A DNA stretch of 64,000 bases from Octopus sinensis. Taxonomy: Eukaryota. The notes under the pieces were generated by a model, which saw only the letters and a list, made by a program, of their open reading frames with translations, ran no database searches and had not been told where the DNA came from. Of the stretch, positions 23,913 to 40,014 are shown in pieces (position 1 is the first letter of the stretch; the number at the start of each line of letters is the position of its first letter). The stretch lies in NCBI RefSeq assembly GCF_006345805.1, contig NW_021835978.1, forward strand, positions 1 through 64,000, given 5' to 3'. The position numbers and the translations under genes were made by a program.

Positions 23913-24199
23913 AAAAGAAACGTACAATATTGCACACTATTTCATGTAGGATAACAATATAGTTTGGAGGAGAAATAACTTAGAGACGTCATCTGTTAGA
24001 AAGAGCAATAGTCAAAAGGTAGCGTTAATGTACTTAATGCAGGATGTATTTTCCTTGTAAATAGAGTTATAATTTTTCAAGTGTATAAATTCAGCCAAGT
24101 GTTTACCTCCTAGAGACTAAAATGAAACAGATATGAGAATTTGAAAGGTGATTATAAGTCTCAAAATTTAGGCTAAATAGAAAATACTAGTGGTCAAAT

Positions 24200-24640
<441 letters not shown>

Positions 24641-24789
24641 TCCCGTCCCTCTCTAAATATTGTATTTCACAAAAATAAATTTATACAGACACACAGAGAC
24701 ACTCCACTACACACAGTGACATACATACACACAAACACACACACATATACTCTCTCTCTCTTACACAAACACACATACACGCAGATGAT

Positions 24790-25480
24790 GACTATGTATG
24801 AAAAATTAAGAAAAAGCTCAAAAGGCAAAAAACACTGTTGTCTTAAAAGTGAAGAATCTGCAAATTCAATGTTTAGTATTGGAGAAGTGATGAGATTTGC
24901 TGATGGAGAAACCAGAGTGAATGGAAGAAAGAAGGAATCGGTAGATGGAAGAGAACTTGGTGAAATCTTAAAAGAAGACTTCAAAAGAGCAGAGAAGAAC
25001 TAAAGCGTAAGCTGTGTAAAGATAAATCCGAATAGTGTGAAGTCTTTAACAAGCGAAGTAAAATAATAATAAAATATATGGATTGGGGAATAGCTTATAT
25101 CTTAGATTCTAGCAACTGAAAACTTGTTCTATCGTTAACATAAAATTCCAAATGATAGAAGCAGGACAATGGAAGAAGTAACAGGAACTGTAAGTGACAT
25201 GAGTTTAATGTAGGCTGTTTATAGGAAACTCAAAGAAATTAATTTGCTTTCTGGATATATATTATTTGTCGAATTGGATAATGTTAAAAGTTATAAAAAT
25301 ATATTTGTTCGGTGTCTGTGTCGAATCAGCAGAGTCGCTAAAACTTCCAATAAAATGTTTCGTAGGATTTGCTTCAGCTTTGTGTTTAAATCTAACTGCG
25401 GTCACTTGGTCTTTTTGATGATTTAGTGTTTGAAAATAAAGTACGTGTCTATGGCGTATAAGAGGCACCCTTCGAGATAT
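24790..25480 (+). mobile_element. Very old LINE (RTE-like) remnant
   Basis: Weak motif similarity only (EGIGRWKRTW*NL like ExxxRWKE.F..L; FVFKSNCGHLVFLM like AFDSVxRxxLW). Confidence 0.3.
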
Positions 25481-25494
25481 TTTCGGAAACATGC

Positions 25495-25995
<501 letters not shown>

Positions 25996-28865
25996 TAAAA
26001 TGTACTCTTATTTACAAGTAATTAAAAGTGTCTTTTGGGGGGGGGCGGGGGGTTTATCATAAATAGACTACGTTATGTGAGAGTAAAATCTTTAATTTAC
26101 TTTCTTTCAGATCCCTTTCATAGTTGTTTATATTTTGGTCATGAAACGATGCAGGATGTAAAACTTGGTATATGTAGATAGGATGTATTCTGTAACCTCG
26201 ATCGGGCAAAAGGGTACCACACCACTGCTATGATTTTGTTGTCATCTACTGATTGCAAATAACTGACATGTGGAGTTAAAAATTTTTTAACATTCTTTTC
26301 CTCATTCAAGGAGAAAAAAGGATGCCTTTTCTTCTTTTTGCCATAAGAGAGATATATTCTCCGCGGTAGCTGCAGTGAGTTTGCCTTTTAGCAGTTGCAA
26401 TATATCACAAACATAATTTAAGTAACCTAAATTTTGCTTTCATTTTGACAATTTTAAAAAAAAAAAAGAAAAGATTCTTAGAGGTAATAGAATCATTAAA
26501 TACTGTAAGACACATGTCAGCTGTAGGTTTTGTACGCTGAGAAAGGAAGTATGAGACCATATAACCGTGCCACTTAACCGTTGAAAACAGTAAACAATTT
26601 TCTAGAAGTTTGTACTAACAGCCGTAATAAGAACGCTTTTAATCGGTCGACTTTTTAATCAGGTCTGAGCTGGAACAACTCAATAACAGCAACAACACGA
26701 AAACATATTAGCTCAGCAGACAACCAATGAAAGATGTTCAATATGAGTGCCTGATTTGTATGAAGTAGTAAATAAATCCCGTTGCAATCACGCAAAACAG
26801 CGTTGTTTTAAAAACTCACACATTAGATGCAACATGTCCACGGTTAGAACACCATCTAATCAGAGATTTTCACGATCTGGAGTGACCTGCAGTTAAAGAA
26901 CACCAACAACACGGACAAAATAATGTACGCTAAGAGTTATGAATCCCGGAGGAGTAATTCCGACATTGCTACAAGACCAGAGTTAATTTCATTGAATAAT
27001 TACCGAAAGCCGATATTATGTTATTGAGACAGCTAGTCCAATCAAAAAGTTTCCTATCAAATATACGCAGGAAAAACCTAGATTCTGCCAAACGCTACAG
27101 ATTCAAATGCATGTAATACATAGCTAAGCAGCGGATGCAATATAAAGGTTGCCACAATAGCAATCACAATCGAATGGTCGTGATTGATTGCGGTGGGTTG
27201 GGGTTTGGTTATGGTGGCTCGTGGGTGGTGAAGGCTGGTTGAGGTCAACTGAGAGTGATTGAAGGAGAGTTTGATTGACTGTGGTTGATTATGATTGGTT
27301 GTCGTTGTAAATGTTAGTGGTGGTTGATTGGGGGTGGGTAAGGTTGGTGATGTGTGATGAACGAAAGTGGATTTGATCGGTGGCGGTTGATGGGTGCCTA
27401 GTGACGATTAGCTGTTTCCATTATGAATGGAATATAGAATGGTATACTATTGGCATGGCAGAAGAGTCAATAAAGATTTGCTGTATAGAATCGGTACATT
27501 AGTATTTCGTAATAGATTCATTGTATGGAATTATAGAATGGAATAAAGAAAGACAATTTTTCTATAGAATAATGTGCGACATAAAATTGCTGCGTGGAAT
27601 AGATATATAATACACGTGACTCTATTAATACGTGTCTGCGTCTATATATATATAAGCACACACACATAGAGACACACACACACGCACACACACATATAGA
27701 CACACGCAGGAACACGTCCACAATCACACACACCTACATAGATATATAAATGAGAGTGGGACTAATCGTCTGTGAATTTATTAGTGTATGTACATACATA
27801 TATGTATATATGTTATATATGCAGATGAAAAAATATACATTAAATGCCATGTATAAATATATATATATATATAGATATATTATATATATATATATATATA
27901 TATAGATATATTATATATATAATATATATATAGATGTATATAAATATGCATATATCTATAGCTACAGATATAGATATATACATATTTGTGTGTTTATGTT
28001 GTACATATACATGTATGTGTGTTTATGTCACATATATACATGTATGTAAGCCATTACATACATACATATATATATAAATGTATATATTTATGCATATATA
28101 TGTATATATATATATATATATTATATATATATATATATATGTATGCCTATATATGTATGTATATATATATGTGTATACATATATAGATATATGTATGTAT
28201 ACATATATATATATATACATAATATATGTATATACAAGTATATATCTATCTATCTACATGTATACGTATACATGTGTATATATATAGGTACATTTGCATC
28301 TATATCCCTATAAATACAGAAGCCCGTATCTGCACACATACACATACTCACACACACACACACACACATACGTATATCGGTGTATGCATGTACGGAATGA
28401 GTATACGTTTGATAGATTATCAAAGTCGTTTGGGGAACGAGAAAGTTCCTTGCGATAATTGTTGCGGTGCTGATAAAATCTTTTTGACGCTCGAGAATTG
28501 GGGTGGATTTAATCGAGTTCCAATCTGTGTCAGTTTGTTATAGACTCGCTAACAAAATATATGGCAGCCGACAAAAGACACAAAAAAAAAAAAACGCATA
28601 CCAATTCGAACTTACTCCTACATAAATACGTGTGCAATATATCTCGTTAGTAGGAAGGCCATTAAAAAGGAGAAAAAAAACCCAGCAAAATTTATGTGCA
28701 GACATAAATGTGTGCCTGTCTGTGTGTGTCGGTAAAATATCACATATACATACATATATACATGCAAACATATATACATACATATAAACATGCATTATAA
28801 ATACGTATGTATATTTATGCACGAATATAATTTACACCCACATATGTATATATGTATTTTATACA

Positions 28866-28897
<32 letters not shown>

Positions 28898-29016
28898 AAT
28901 TATATATTATATTATGAACACACACACACATATATATATATATTTGTGTGTATGTATATATAGGTATACATATATATGTGTAGATATATAAGTATATATA
29001 TATATATATATATACG

Positions 29017-29066
<50 letters not shown>

Positions 29067-29395
29067 AGTAAGTAAAGAGATGCATGTCCACATGTCTACG
29101 TATGTGTAATAAATAGGAGCGTATATATTCATATATTGCAAAAAGCATATATATATATATATATATATAATATATAGATATATATATATATATATATATT
29201 ATATATAGATATATATATATATATATTATATATATATATATATATATACATATACATTTATACGCGTACAAATACTCATTACCAAGTATGAATATGTATA
29301 TATATATATATGTATGTATGCGTCATCGTTATATCTAAGTATCTACGAAAGAATGCATACATTTTCATACCTATATATGGATAAGCGTTTATATG

Positions 29396-29433
<38 letters not shown>

Positions 29434-29622
29434 TGTAAGCATGTACGCATGTATGTGTGTAAATATATTTGTATGTGTGTATGTATGCATATACCTTTGT
29501 GCGTGCATGTGTGTGTGTGCGCGCGAATATACGCAGGAATACTAGTAATTACTTACATTCAAAATTCAATATCAATGACAAGGTGATTTTGCATAGAATT
29601 AAGAATATAAAATACGCTTATA

Positions 29623-29662
<40 letters not shown>

Positions 29663-30010
29663 TACATATATATATATATATATGTGCATAATATGACACA
29701 CTCACATACGTATATATATATATGTCTGTGTGTCTGTGTCTCTGTGTGTATGTATATCTCGATATAGGTAGAGCATGAGGGTGAGATAGATTAGTAGATA
29801 AAAAATAGTGCCGTATGAATGAATGCATATATTTATGTATTTGTATATGTATCTGCATAAGTTAAGAGTATATATATATATATATATGCATACGTACTCT
29901 ATATGTTAATATATCAGTGCACGCGAACAGAAACAAATGGATAGATATCTTTTATGTAACTCGAGTATATAACAGACACTATATCCAAGGAGACATACAT
30001 TTATACACAC

Positions 30011-30064
<54 letters not shown>

Positions 30065-30383
30065 TACATACAAACACACACAGACGCACACACATATGTA
30101 TCGCATGTTTTAACATACGTACATATGTATGTATAATCAACGTATATATTCTCATATGGTGATTACACATTATTTTCAACCATCTTTGAATGGCGGGAAC
30201 ACAATATTTCAATCACAAAAGACTATATTATAGCTTGAAGATAACTTAGTTATAGCGTTCCATTTTTTTTCAGCTGGTTGTTAACAATGGCGTCCTTATA
30301 CCGATAGAAATACACGATGTGCCTGTATATATATTCTGTTTTTTCCTTGTTGCCATGTAGCATACACACTAATACGAATATGC

Positions 30384-30451
<68 letters not shown>

Positions 30452-30732
30452 GTTTTTTAATATATATTATGTATGTATAAATATATGTATGTATATATAT
30501 ATTATATATATATAATGTATGTAATGTATATATATATATATATATATATAATTATATATATATATGTATACACATAAAAGATACGTTATTTTCTATACGT
30601 ATTTGTAATAAGCAGGTTGATAGCTTGTTAATTTTACATATATGATTAATTGATGCATGGGTACTGATTGTGTTGATGTGTGTAGATATATGTATGTCTA
30701 TATGTATGTGAATATGTATGCTTCAGTATATA

Positions 30733-30963
30733 TCTATTTCTTTACTTCCCACAAGGGGCTAAACACAGAGAGGACAAACAAGGACAGACAAACGGATTAA
30801 GTCGATTATATCGACCCCGGTGCGTAACTGGTACTTATTTAATCGACCCCGAAAGAATGAAAGGCAAAGTCGACCTGGGCGGAATTTGAACTCAGAACAT
30901 AAAGACAGACGAAATACGGCTACGTATTTCGCCCGGCGTGCTAACGTTTCTGCCAGCTCGCCT
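30733..30963 (-). mobile_element. SINE family D
   Basis: Near-exact reverse complement of 31085-31320. Confidence 0.9.
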
Positions 30964-31084
30964 CTGTATTACACAGAGACATGGTCAACTGACATTTTCT
31001 CATTTTCTGTAGGCTCAGATCTTGTGAGTGAAAATAGTTAGAAGTCCGTCGTACGGAATGCAGCTGTAATTCTAGACTTACAAA

Positions 31085-31470
31085 CGGCGAGCTGGGAGAA
31101 ACATTAGCACGCCGGGCGAAATGCTTAGCGGTATTTCGTCTGCTGCTACGTTCTGAGTTCAAATTCCGCCGAAGGCGACTTTGCCTTTCATCCTTTCGGG
31201 GTCAATTAAATAAATACCAGTTACGCACTGGGTCGATATAATCGACTTAATCCGTTTGTCTGTCCTTGTTTGGTCTCTCTGTGTTTAGCCCCTTGTGGGT
31301 AGTAAAGAAATAGATATTTCGCCCGTCGTTACGTTCCGAGTTCAAATTCCGCCGAGGTCGACTTTGCCTTTCATCCTTTCGGAGGTCGATAAATTGAGTA
31401 CCAGTGAAATACTGGGGTCGATGTAATTCCTAGAATTTTCAGCCCTTGTGTCTATTATGGAAAAGATTAT
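31085..31470 (+). mobile_element. SINE family D, dimeric
   Basis: Full unit followed by a second unit starting at tatttcg..acgttccgagttcaaattcc. Confidence 0.9.
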
Positions 31471-31892
31471 AATAATAACAATAATAATTATTATCATTAC
31501 TGTTATTATTATTGTCATTGCTTATATCCAATACAGTTTTCCAACCTAGTATTTACGTGAAATTATTATAGCGTTATATGTGCTTCGAGTGACAGTTCCC
31601 CCAAAAAGTTTCTTCACGTTCCTATGAAAATGTTCAAATTCTTCTGTATACATACACACACACACACTTGCATATACAGTCGCACCCGCACACACACACA
31701 CACATGTATGTATATGTGTATGTATCTATTTACATACGTACATACATTCGTACGTACATGTACATTCATACACACATAGCCATGTATATGTATACTTACA
31801 TACTTGCATACACACACACAGACAAACACACACGCACACACATAGAAGCACACACCACACATACACACACAACGCACACACACACACCACAC

Positions 31893-31942
<50 letters not shown>

Positions 31943-32348
31943 CATGTGGTCAACTCTCTCCACTATTAATAGAAATTGCTGACTAGAGTTATCTCAGTAA
32001 GCAAATGAGAATCCTATAAGTTGGACAAAGAAAAGAATAAAAGCGCCAAAAATTGTGCCAGTGGAAACCGCCAAAATAATTGCTATCATTTGCGACGATT
32101 TGAAAGAATGGTTAATTTCGTGATGGAATACATGTCTTTGACAATACAATGGTAGATATTAGAGAGTGGAAGCTATTACAGCTTACACTTAAAATGATAC
32201 AGTTACTTCCTTGGATTTCGAACAAGTGTAATTTTCATGTCTACAAGAGATAGTTATATCGTGTTGGTTTCTTAGTTTGTATCTGGTCTGTGTAAGTGAG
32301 TACGTATCAGTACGAGAAGAGGAAATACGTACATGTACATATATATAT

Positions 32349-32440
<92 letters not shown>

Positions 32441-32672
32441 TATATATACATATACATATATGTATATATATGTATATATATATATATATAATAAATATAT
32501 ATATATATATATGTATATATATATGTATATATATATATATGGACAAATAGATGCTTCTTTATATATGTATATATATACATACATACACATATATATAGGC
32601 AAATAGTTGCTTATTTATATGTATATATATATAATCACGCATGTAGACAAAAACGCATTCAAACAATCTTTC

Positions 32673-32705
<33 letters not shown>

Positions 32706-32729
32706 TGTATATATGTATGTATGTATGTA

Positions 32730-32855
32730 TGGCCACAAGGGGACATTACGTATTTATAAGTATATATATGTGCACATATACATAAGTTCATGCATACACA
32801 TACATACATGTAAACATAGATACACTTATAAATACGTAATGTCCCCTTGTGGCCA
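32730..32855. mobile_element. MITE-like element with perfect 32-bp terminal inverted repeats
   Basis: tggccacaaggggacattacgtatttataagt (32730-32761) and its exact reverse complement at 32824-32855; gta on both flanks. Confidence 0.6.
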
Positions 32856-33044
32856 GTAAGAGAAATAATGGTTCCTACGTAATATACGTCAGGATATGAA
32901 GTTATTTGACAAAATTGGTTGAAAAATATATTTAGCTGCTGTTCTCTGCACTAGTAATATATGTCAATTATCTATACATAAACGCATACATGAATATACA
33001 CACATATACGTGAGTTTGTCGTTATGTGAATGTCTTTCTGTGTT

Positions 33045-33103
<59 letters not shown>

Positions 33104-33239
33104 TGTGTGTGTGCGTGTATAATTCTTATAATGACATGTTAAGGAATTGTTGTACCTTTCCTTGGTCTTCCGATTAGTACGGAGCAGCTAGGGATAGAAA
33201 TAAATACTGCACCAGATATCGGAAATAAACTAATGAAGG

Positions 33240-34735
33240 AAGTTAGAACACTAGAGGGCGCAATCTGTGACTACTCGATCGCGTCACGTCCAAAACAACT
33301 GTGATTACCGACAAACTGCTAAAACTTTAGGTATTTTGCAGAATTAGGAACTCTACAGGAAATACACTACCTGTGTCTGGCAGGGTAAGTGCTGAAGCAA
33401 TGTCAGATAGTATGGTATTAGTTTTGCCCTGAGGAACTCGCTATTGGAACTGCCTTTTCAAGATGGTGAAGACACGTGACAAAGGACACAAATGGATTTT
33501 TCTCATTGCAGTTCTATTCATCCGATGGTATGTGTCTCTCGACCTCTTCCGTGCCAACGCTCCAAACCTCTGCGCAATATACAAAGACCGAATTATAAGG
33601 CCAGATCGCAAGGATAATTCTGTTGACATCAAATCAAGAACAGCTGTTGCTGCTGTTTGGCGACATGAGCACCAAAATGACTACAGACTACGACTCCTTG
33701 CCAAAATGCCTGTAGCAGCATGGAGTGGACAGCATAAATGACAAGGGAAAAAGATTCCATTATTTTCCTCAATTCCTAGAATGTGTGTGGACAACATTTA
33801 TTTCCGAAATATTTGTTAGCACAAAATGTCTTTGAAACATCACCGTTCCAAACACGGGGACCAACTAATCGTGATGCTCATAATACGAGACCACGTGAGG
33901 AATGCGCTTACGATTCTGTCGTTTCGTAGTTCCGACTGCGACACAGATCATTCTTTTGTTTTCTGCAATATTAAATTTAAACCAAATAAAATGTTCTACA
34001 TAACAATCTGCCACATGAAGTTCATTGGTGTCGCGAGCACAGTGCCACCCAAACAGAGCAGAAGGGTTCCTCATATTTTTGGAATATGCTATTCCTGCAA
34101 AAACAACAAAGATGCACAAATAAGATATGCTACGGTGAAAGATTTGGATATGAAACAGAGAAAGCATGTCTTAAACAAGAGATACATCTAAAAGATTTCC
34201 ACCCTCGCAGCTTGAAACCTATTCTGGATATGAGGTTAACTGATCGAATCATCAACTGTAATATCCTTGTTCACGTGTCGACATCCAGGGATCTTCTCCA
34301 ACAGCAACAACGAAATTTCCACTGTAGGGGCATGGAACAGTGCATGTGAGATGGGAAGATACAGTAAAACTCCTACTTCTATGGAAAACTGTCCTTTGAA
34401 GAGAATCACACGGACATTATCAACTTCATTTCATAAAAATTGTCTGCAAGGGAGATATCGAAGATTTTTTACATTGAAGATATTACAAGATAGGAGTACG
34501 CGGCTGGTGATCGTTCTCGTTACAGACTGGAATTAGACAACGGTGTGAAAACTACAGAGAGAGGACCGAGACTTGGTGATGAAGGAAAGCAAAATCGACA
34601 AAAGTAGCACTGAGTGTCTTAAAAAACCACCGTAATAAAAACTGTTATTCACTTTTGGGCCTCTACAATCACTGCAGAAGCTACACTGCCAATAAGACAT
34701 AGGCATTTTCCCCAGGTGTCTAAAGGATGCATTCA
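33240..34735 (+). mobile_element. RTE-clade LINE, decayed APE endonuclease to RT start
   Basis: VWQGK, FRANAPNL (cf. SAYAPTL), HHRSKHGDQLIVMLIIRDHVRNALTILSFRSSDCDTDHSFVFCNIKFKP (RTE APE end with TDH motif). Confidence 0.8.
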
Positions 34736-34889
34736 AGCACAGACAAAATATACATACTCACATACATCAGAGCGGTTGTGTGCGCATATGCATGCGTATG
34801 TTTGTACGTGTTTTTATTCGGCATTTTTAGAATTTTTGTCAAACAATTGATATATATATATATATTTATAGAAAAGTAAAACACGAAGA

Positions 34890-35130
34890 CAGGTGTATAA
34901 ACAACAAGCAGGTGTATGAGTTTGACGCGCGAGAAGGTGAGAAAGTCTTCTACTTTTCGAGCCTACTCTCTTCAATAGAAAGGAATACGGGGAAATAAAC
35001 AAAGAGAGAATAAAAAAAAAAACTTGTGGAATTAGTGGTCAATCATGGCAAATGGTTGGAAAAGGTAGTTGGACAGGAGAGCTAGGAAGAAGGGGAGATA
35101 ATAAAGTACTGGTAATCCCTGAACGATGGT
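34890..35130 (-). mobile_element. Probable Penelope pLTR-type repeat with a degenerate HHR (34947-34982)
   Basis: cttt CTATTGA a gag-agtagg-ctc GAAA ag TA gaag; same family as 45021-45058. Confidence 0.5.
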
Positions 35131-35208
35131 GCGCATGCATATCTGTATGTGAGAGTGTGTAAAGTATGTGCGTGTGGTTTTATAGTGACTTTGATGTGTG
35201 GATGTTTG

Positions 35209-35267
<59 letters not shown>

Positions 35268-35314
35268 GGTCGGTCTATCTATCGGTCGATCCACAGCCCC
35301 TAACTTACTTGGTG

Positions 35315-35346
<32 letters not shown>

Positions 35347-35554
35347 CATACATAATGATGTACTAACCCGTCGTTAGACGACGTATGGGGGCACGACAAT
35401 TTCTTCCCAAAGAACCACACAGATGATTTATTTATAGTGATCAAGTGTTTGTGTACACATAGGCTCACTCTGTCCATCAAATCGACATTACCTGTATAAT
35501 GGCAACGTATGTCACATGTCAGATGACGAAATGATCGCAGGCCAGCTTGAAATG

Positions 35555-35648
35555 AAGAGCCTTGCTCAAGAATACAACGCACCGCCATGTCTGGGAATCG
35601 AACCTACAATCTAGCGATCGCGAGTGCAACACTTTAACCACTAAGCCA
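35555..35648 (-). mobile_element. tRNA-derived SINE head fragment (family B-like)
   Basis: Minus strand: tggcttagtggttaaagtg..aggttcgattcccag..ttcttgagcaagg. Confidence 0.7.
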
Positions 35649-36344
35649 TATATAAGTTCATTGGAATCTGAGTCAACCGCTTATTAAACACATGAAAGTC
35701 CAGCCAACTGTGTTGTGCTACTTTCTTTCGTTTAGTATAAGTATATGTATATATTACATTTTCACATTCTCTTTCTCTCTATCCCTCCCCCTCCCCCCTC
35801 TCTCGCTGTGTATGCGTGTGAGAGCATATGAATTTCTGCAATTTAAGGTTTTGTTGAAACACCTGTGTGTTTCAAAGATCTGTTTACTCAGGATATGAAC
35901 ACGCTAATAATGCTTGAAACTTTATTACTGGAAATAGAATAAATCGAGATATTTGTTATAAAAACCTGTCAACTAAATCACAGGCTGCGTTTTTCGCATT
36001 GTTTTCTCTTAATTACCTTCCAAATACAATCCGTCAATTCATTTCAAGCGTTTCCCTAATTGTAGCTGAACCTAATAGAATATCTCGTACCAAAATATGA
36101 AAAAGAAAACATGGCGTGCGAAAGTTATCAGCCGTCTCAATTAAAGCAGTCAACCCTATAAACAATAATATGATGAGTTATGTACCGGATATCGTGCGCA
36201 AGAAAATATTTAATTAATTGAAATTTTCCCCTTAGCTGGTGAAGACAAACGAAAAACATGTCGGACATTATCTTTTAATCTTGTAAATAATATCGGACTT
36301 TAATTTTCTCAATATTCCTCGGTGTTATTTGATAAATATGGCTG

Positions 36345-36880
36345 CGAATTAGTAGGATCGTGACAGCGTAATAATTTTCAACTTTTTTGCACAAGGCCAG
36401 CAATTTTGGGAGGAGGAGTTAAGTCGATTACATCGACCCCAGAGCTCAATTTGAACTTGTTTTATCGACTCGGATGAAGGGGAAAGTTGATGAAGGGGAA
36501 CGTTGACTCGGATGAAGGGGAAAGTTTTATCGACTAGGATGAAGCGAAAAGTTGACGTCGGAGGAATTTGAACTCGGAACTTGGACGAAATGTTGCAAAA
36601 CATTTTGCCCGGCGTGCTAACGATTCTTACAGATCGCCGCCTTCATGCCGTAAATGATATTGATTTCAAATTTTGGCACAAGGCCAGTAGTTTCGGGGGA
36701 CGCTATAAGTTAATTTCATCGAATCCAGTGTTCAACTGGTACTTATTTTATCGACCCGGAAAAGGGTGAAAGGCAAAGCTGACCTCGGCGGAATTTGAAC
36801 TCAGAACGTAAAGACGGACAAATTGCTTCTAAGCATTTTACCTGACGCTATAACGATTCTTCGATCACCGCCTTCAGACT
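36345..36880 (-). mobile_element. Two adjacent SINE family D copies, the first with an internal ~21-bp reiteration
   Basis: Family D similarity; actcggatgaaggggaaagtt-like units repeated at ~36465-36555. Confidence 0.8.
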
Positions 36881-36967
36881 GTAAATAATATTGAACGTTA
36901 ATTTTCAGCGTTATCTGTTAAATATGGCGGCGAATAGTAAAAAGAAAACTACAAATTAAATCTTCAG

Positions 36968-37105
36968 GTTTCTTCTTCTTCTTCTTCTTCTTCTTCTTCT
37001 TCTTCTTCTTCTTCTTCTTCTTCTTCTTCTTCTTCTTCTTCCCCCTTCTTCTTCTTCATCTTCTTACTTCTTCTTCTTCATCTTCTTATTTCTTCTTCTT
37101 CATCT

Positions 37106-37193
<88 letters not shown>
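36968..37193. repeat. (CTT)n(CTA)n microsatellite
   Basis: Directly visible. Confidence 0.97.
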
Positions 37194-37194
<1 letters not shown>

Positions 37195-38188
37195 ATGTGT
37201 TCTTTTTTATTTTTGGTTTTTGTTCTTCCTATTTTTTATTCTTTTCTATTTGAAAGCAGCCGATTGTGACCAGACCACGAGCAAAATGGACTCCACCAAG
37301 ATTAAAGACTCCAACAAATGCCGGTTATTAAGATGACGCCTTTATTATTCCACCTGAAATCGAATGTCCAAGACAGTAAAAAAAATTTCTTCGTAGTTGT
37401 GGCCGCAAATTGGTCCGGTAATTGTTCGCAACGATGCTTTGTATAATCAACATGTTGCTAGATAAGAAGGAAGAAATTCTAAACAAAGAATTTCCCAACA
37501 AGATGCAAAACGTTAACCATTTACAAGACCTTTATATAAAGATCCATTTAGAAATTAATTCCAAATCAGAGCACACTTGAACGTTATATGTTTTGAAATA
37601 TAGGGATTTGAGATCATGTAAGCAAGCATGTCTCTCTAGTTTGGCTTTTATCCTTTCAGAATCAATAAAATAAGAACCATCCAAGAAGAGATTTACAATT
37701 TAAACGAATTAACTCGTAACCCAACTTTGAACCCTCGTAGAATAGTTGCAAATAAATTCCTCTTCGTAGACGTGCCCTAATCGCTTGCAGGTCATCTCAG
37801 ATTAGCGAGGTCGATCTGGTAGTTGTTCAGATTGAGATCTCCTCGTGGATATATGCAGCAAATTCGTGGGAGTAAGGATAGAGCTGGAGATTAGTGCTGT
37901 GTTTGCACAGCGATTCTTGTAAAACCGGATCATTCAGTAAGTTCAAGATACGTTCACTTGAGGTGATGTATGATATATATATACATGTGTGTTTATGTAT
38001 GCATATATATATATATATAACTATATACATACATATATATGCATGTATATATACATACACACATAGCTACGTATTACATATATATATATAATATATGTGC
38101 GTGTGAATGTATATATATATATATAGAATATATCAAGTATGCATGTAACACACACACACACACACACACACACAACACACATATATAG

Positions 38189-38221
<33 letters not shown>

Positions 38222-38246
38222 TCATAATGCAAGTGATATATATGTG

Positions 38247-38277
<31 letters not shown>

Positions 38278-39201
38278 GTATATGAATATATACTTATATT
38301 ATATGCATATATGATATATGTATTTATGCATATATATATGTATATGTATGTATATATATATTATATATATCATATATACATGTCTACATAAACATATATG
38401 ACTATGATTATGTATGTGCGTACGAGTATATATATGGGTATGCATATATATGTAATATAAACATACGTATAATATATAATTTTATACATATATACATACA
38501 CGCGCACACACACGCACACGTGCATAAATATATATATATATATATATACTTATGTGTATGTGCATGTGTATTTGTGTGCAAGGATAGATTAAAATATCGA
38601 TCTCCAGAAAGTGAATGTCAATAATCACTAGGATTATAATTAATCAACTTGGATTAACTAGCATAAAGATACCCCCTCCTCCATCTGTTTCTCTCTCTTT
38701 TTCTCTCTTTCACACTCTACACGCACACACACGCATACACACACACATACAGTTATGCATAGGAATATAACCACGCAACGCATACTCATGTATCCACTTT
38801 CATATACATATACTTTGCTAAATCAGATACATATATATACACATATACAAACAATCAATCAAGTGGCCATAATATGTATAACCCACATATTGATCTGCCA
38901 ACACGCAAGCGCATACACATGCGCACACACACGCAAATGGAAATCGTGTATATACTTGTATACAATTACAGATGCACAAAACTCCATACTTATACATACA
39001 CACACACGTGCTCAGAAAAGTACCTTTATAAATAAATTCAGCTAAATCTGAAGCATAAGAGCTCTCCTACACATATACATGTATATATAAATATGTATGC
39101 ATACACATATATACGATAAGGATATAGGTGCATACAATACACATATATGTAAAGATGCACATACATTGGGTAAGAAATAACTATAGGTGTACACACACAT
39201 A

Positions 39202-39246
<45 letters not shown>

Positions 39247-39247
39247 G

Positions 39248-39279
<32 letters not shown>

Positions 39280-39972
39280 TTATATATATATATATATGTA
39301 TAATATAATATATATATATATATATATATTATATATACGTGTAGATGAATATATACACATGTATAAATATCGGCATATACACACCTAGGTGTACATAAAC
39401 ATACGCCGAGCAAGAATAGATATAGGCATGTACACATATCTGCGTTTTGGTAACCGAATACGCAATAACAACAAATATGGGAGAATACTCACATATGTAA
39501 ATCCGCATAAACATATTTAACGTAAGAAAATATATAAGCGTATAGAAATACACAGACATAAAATAAGCATTCCTAATGTCGAAACACAAATATATTAAAG
39601 TCTACAGATGTTGCAACGCGAATATTTCTATGCTCAGTACTGATACCCATGTATATATACACATAATATATACGCATATACATTAGTTATAAAGAATGGA
39701 AAGAAGGCCCTCAATGCTGTGATAAAGTATGTGTAATTAATTGAGACTTCTGATAAAGTTAGGTCAATATATTTAGTTTCCACCCGTAATAAAAACCCTT
39801 GAAGGGTCTAGTCGAACAAATGGACCCTGGTAGTTATGTTTACAAAACCTGGTACTCATTCTATCGATATCTCCGCCGAACCATTAAGTTACGGAGACGT
39901 GATCATATCCAACGGCGATTGTTAAGCGCTTCTGGTGGACAAACAAACAAACAAACACACACACACACACAC

Positions 39973-40014
<42 letters not shown>

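Noticed and set aside
26570-27170. Possible REL-nuclease relic (KADIML/VIET); similar KPDVML near 57143
   Set aside because: Motif matches are too short and frames are full of stops.
37827-37960. Non-repetitive open stretch on the minus strand (RILNLLNDPVLQESLC..)
   Set aside because: No recognisable family and no convincing splice sites.
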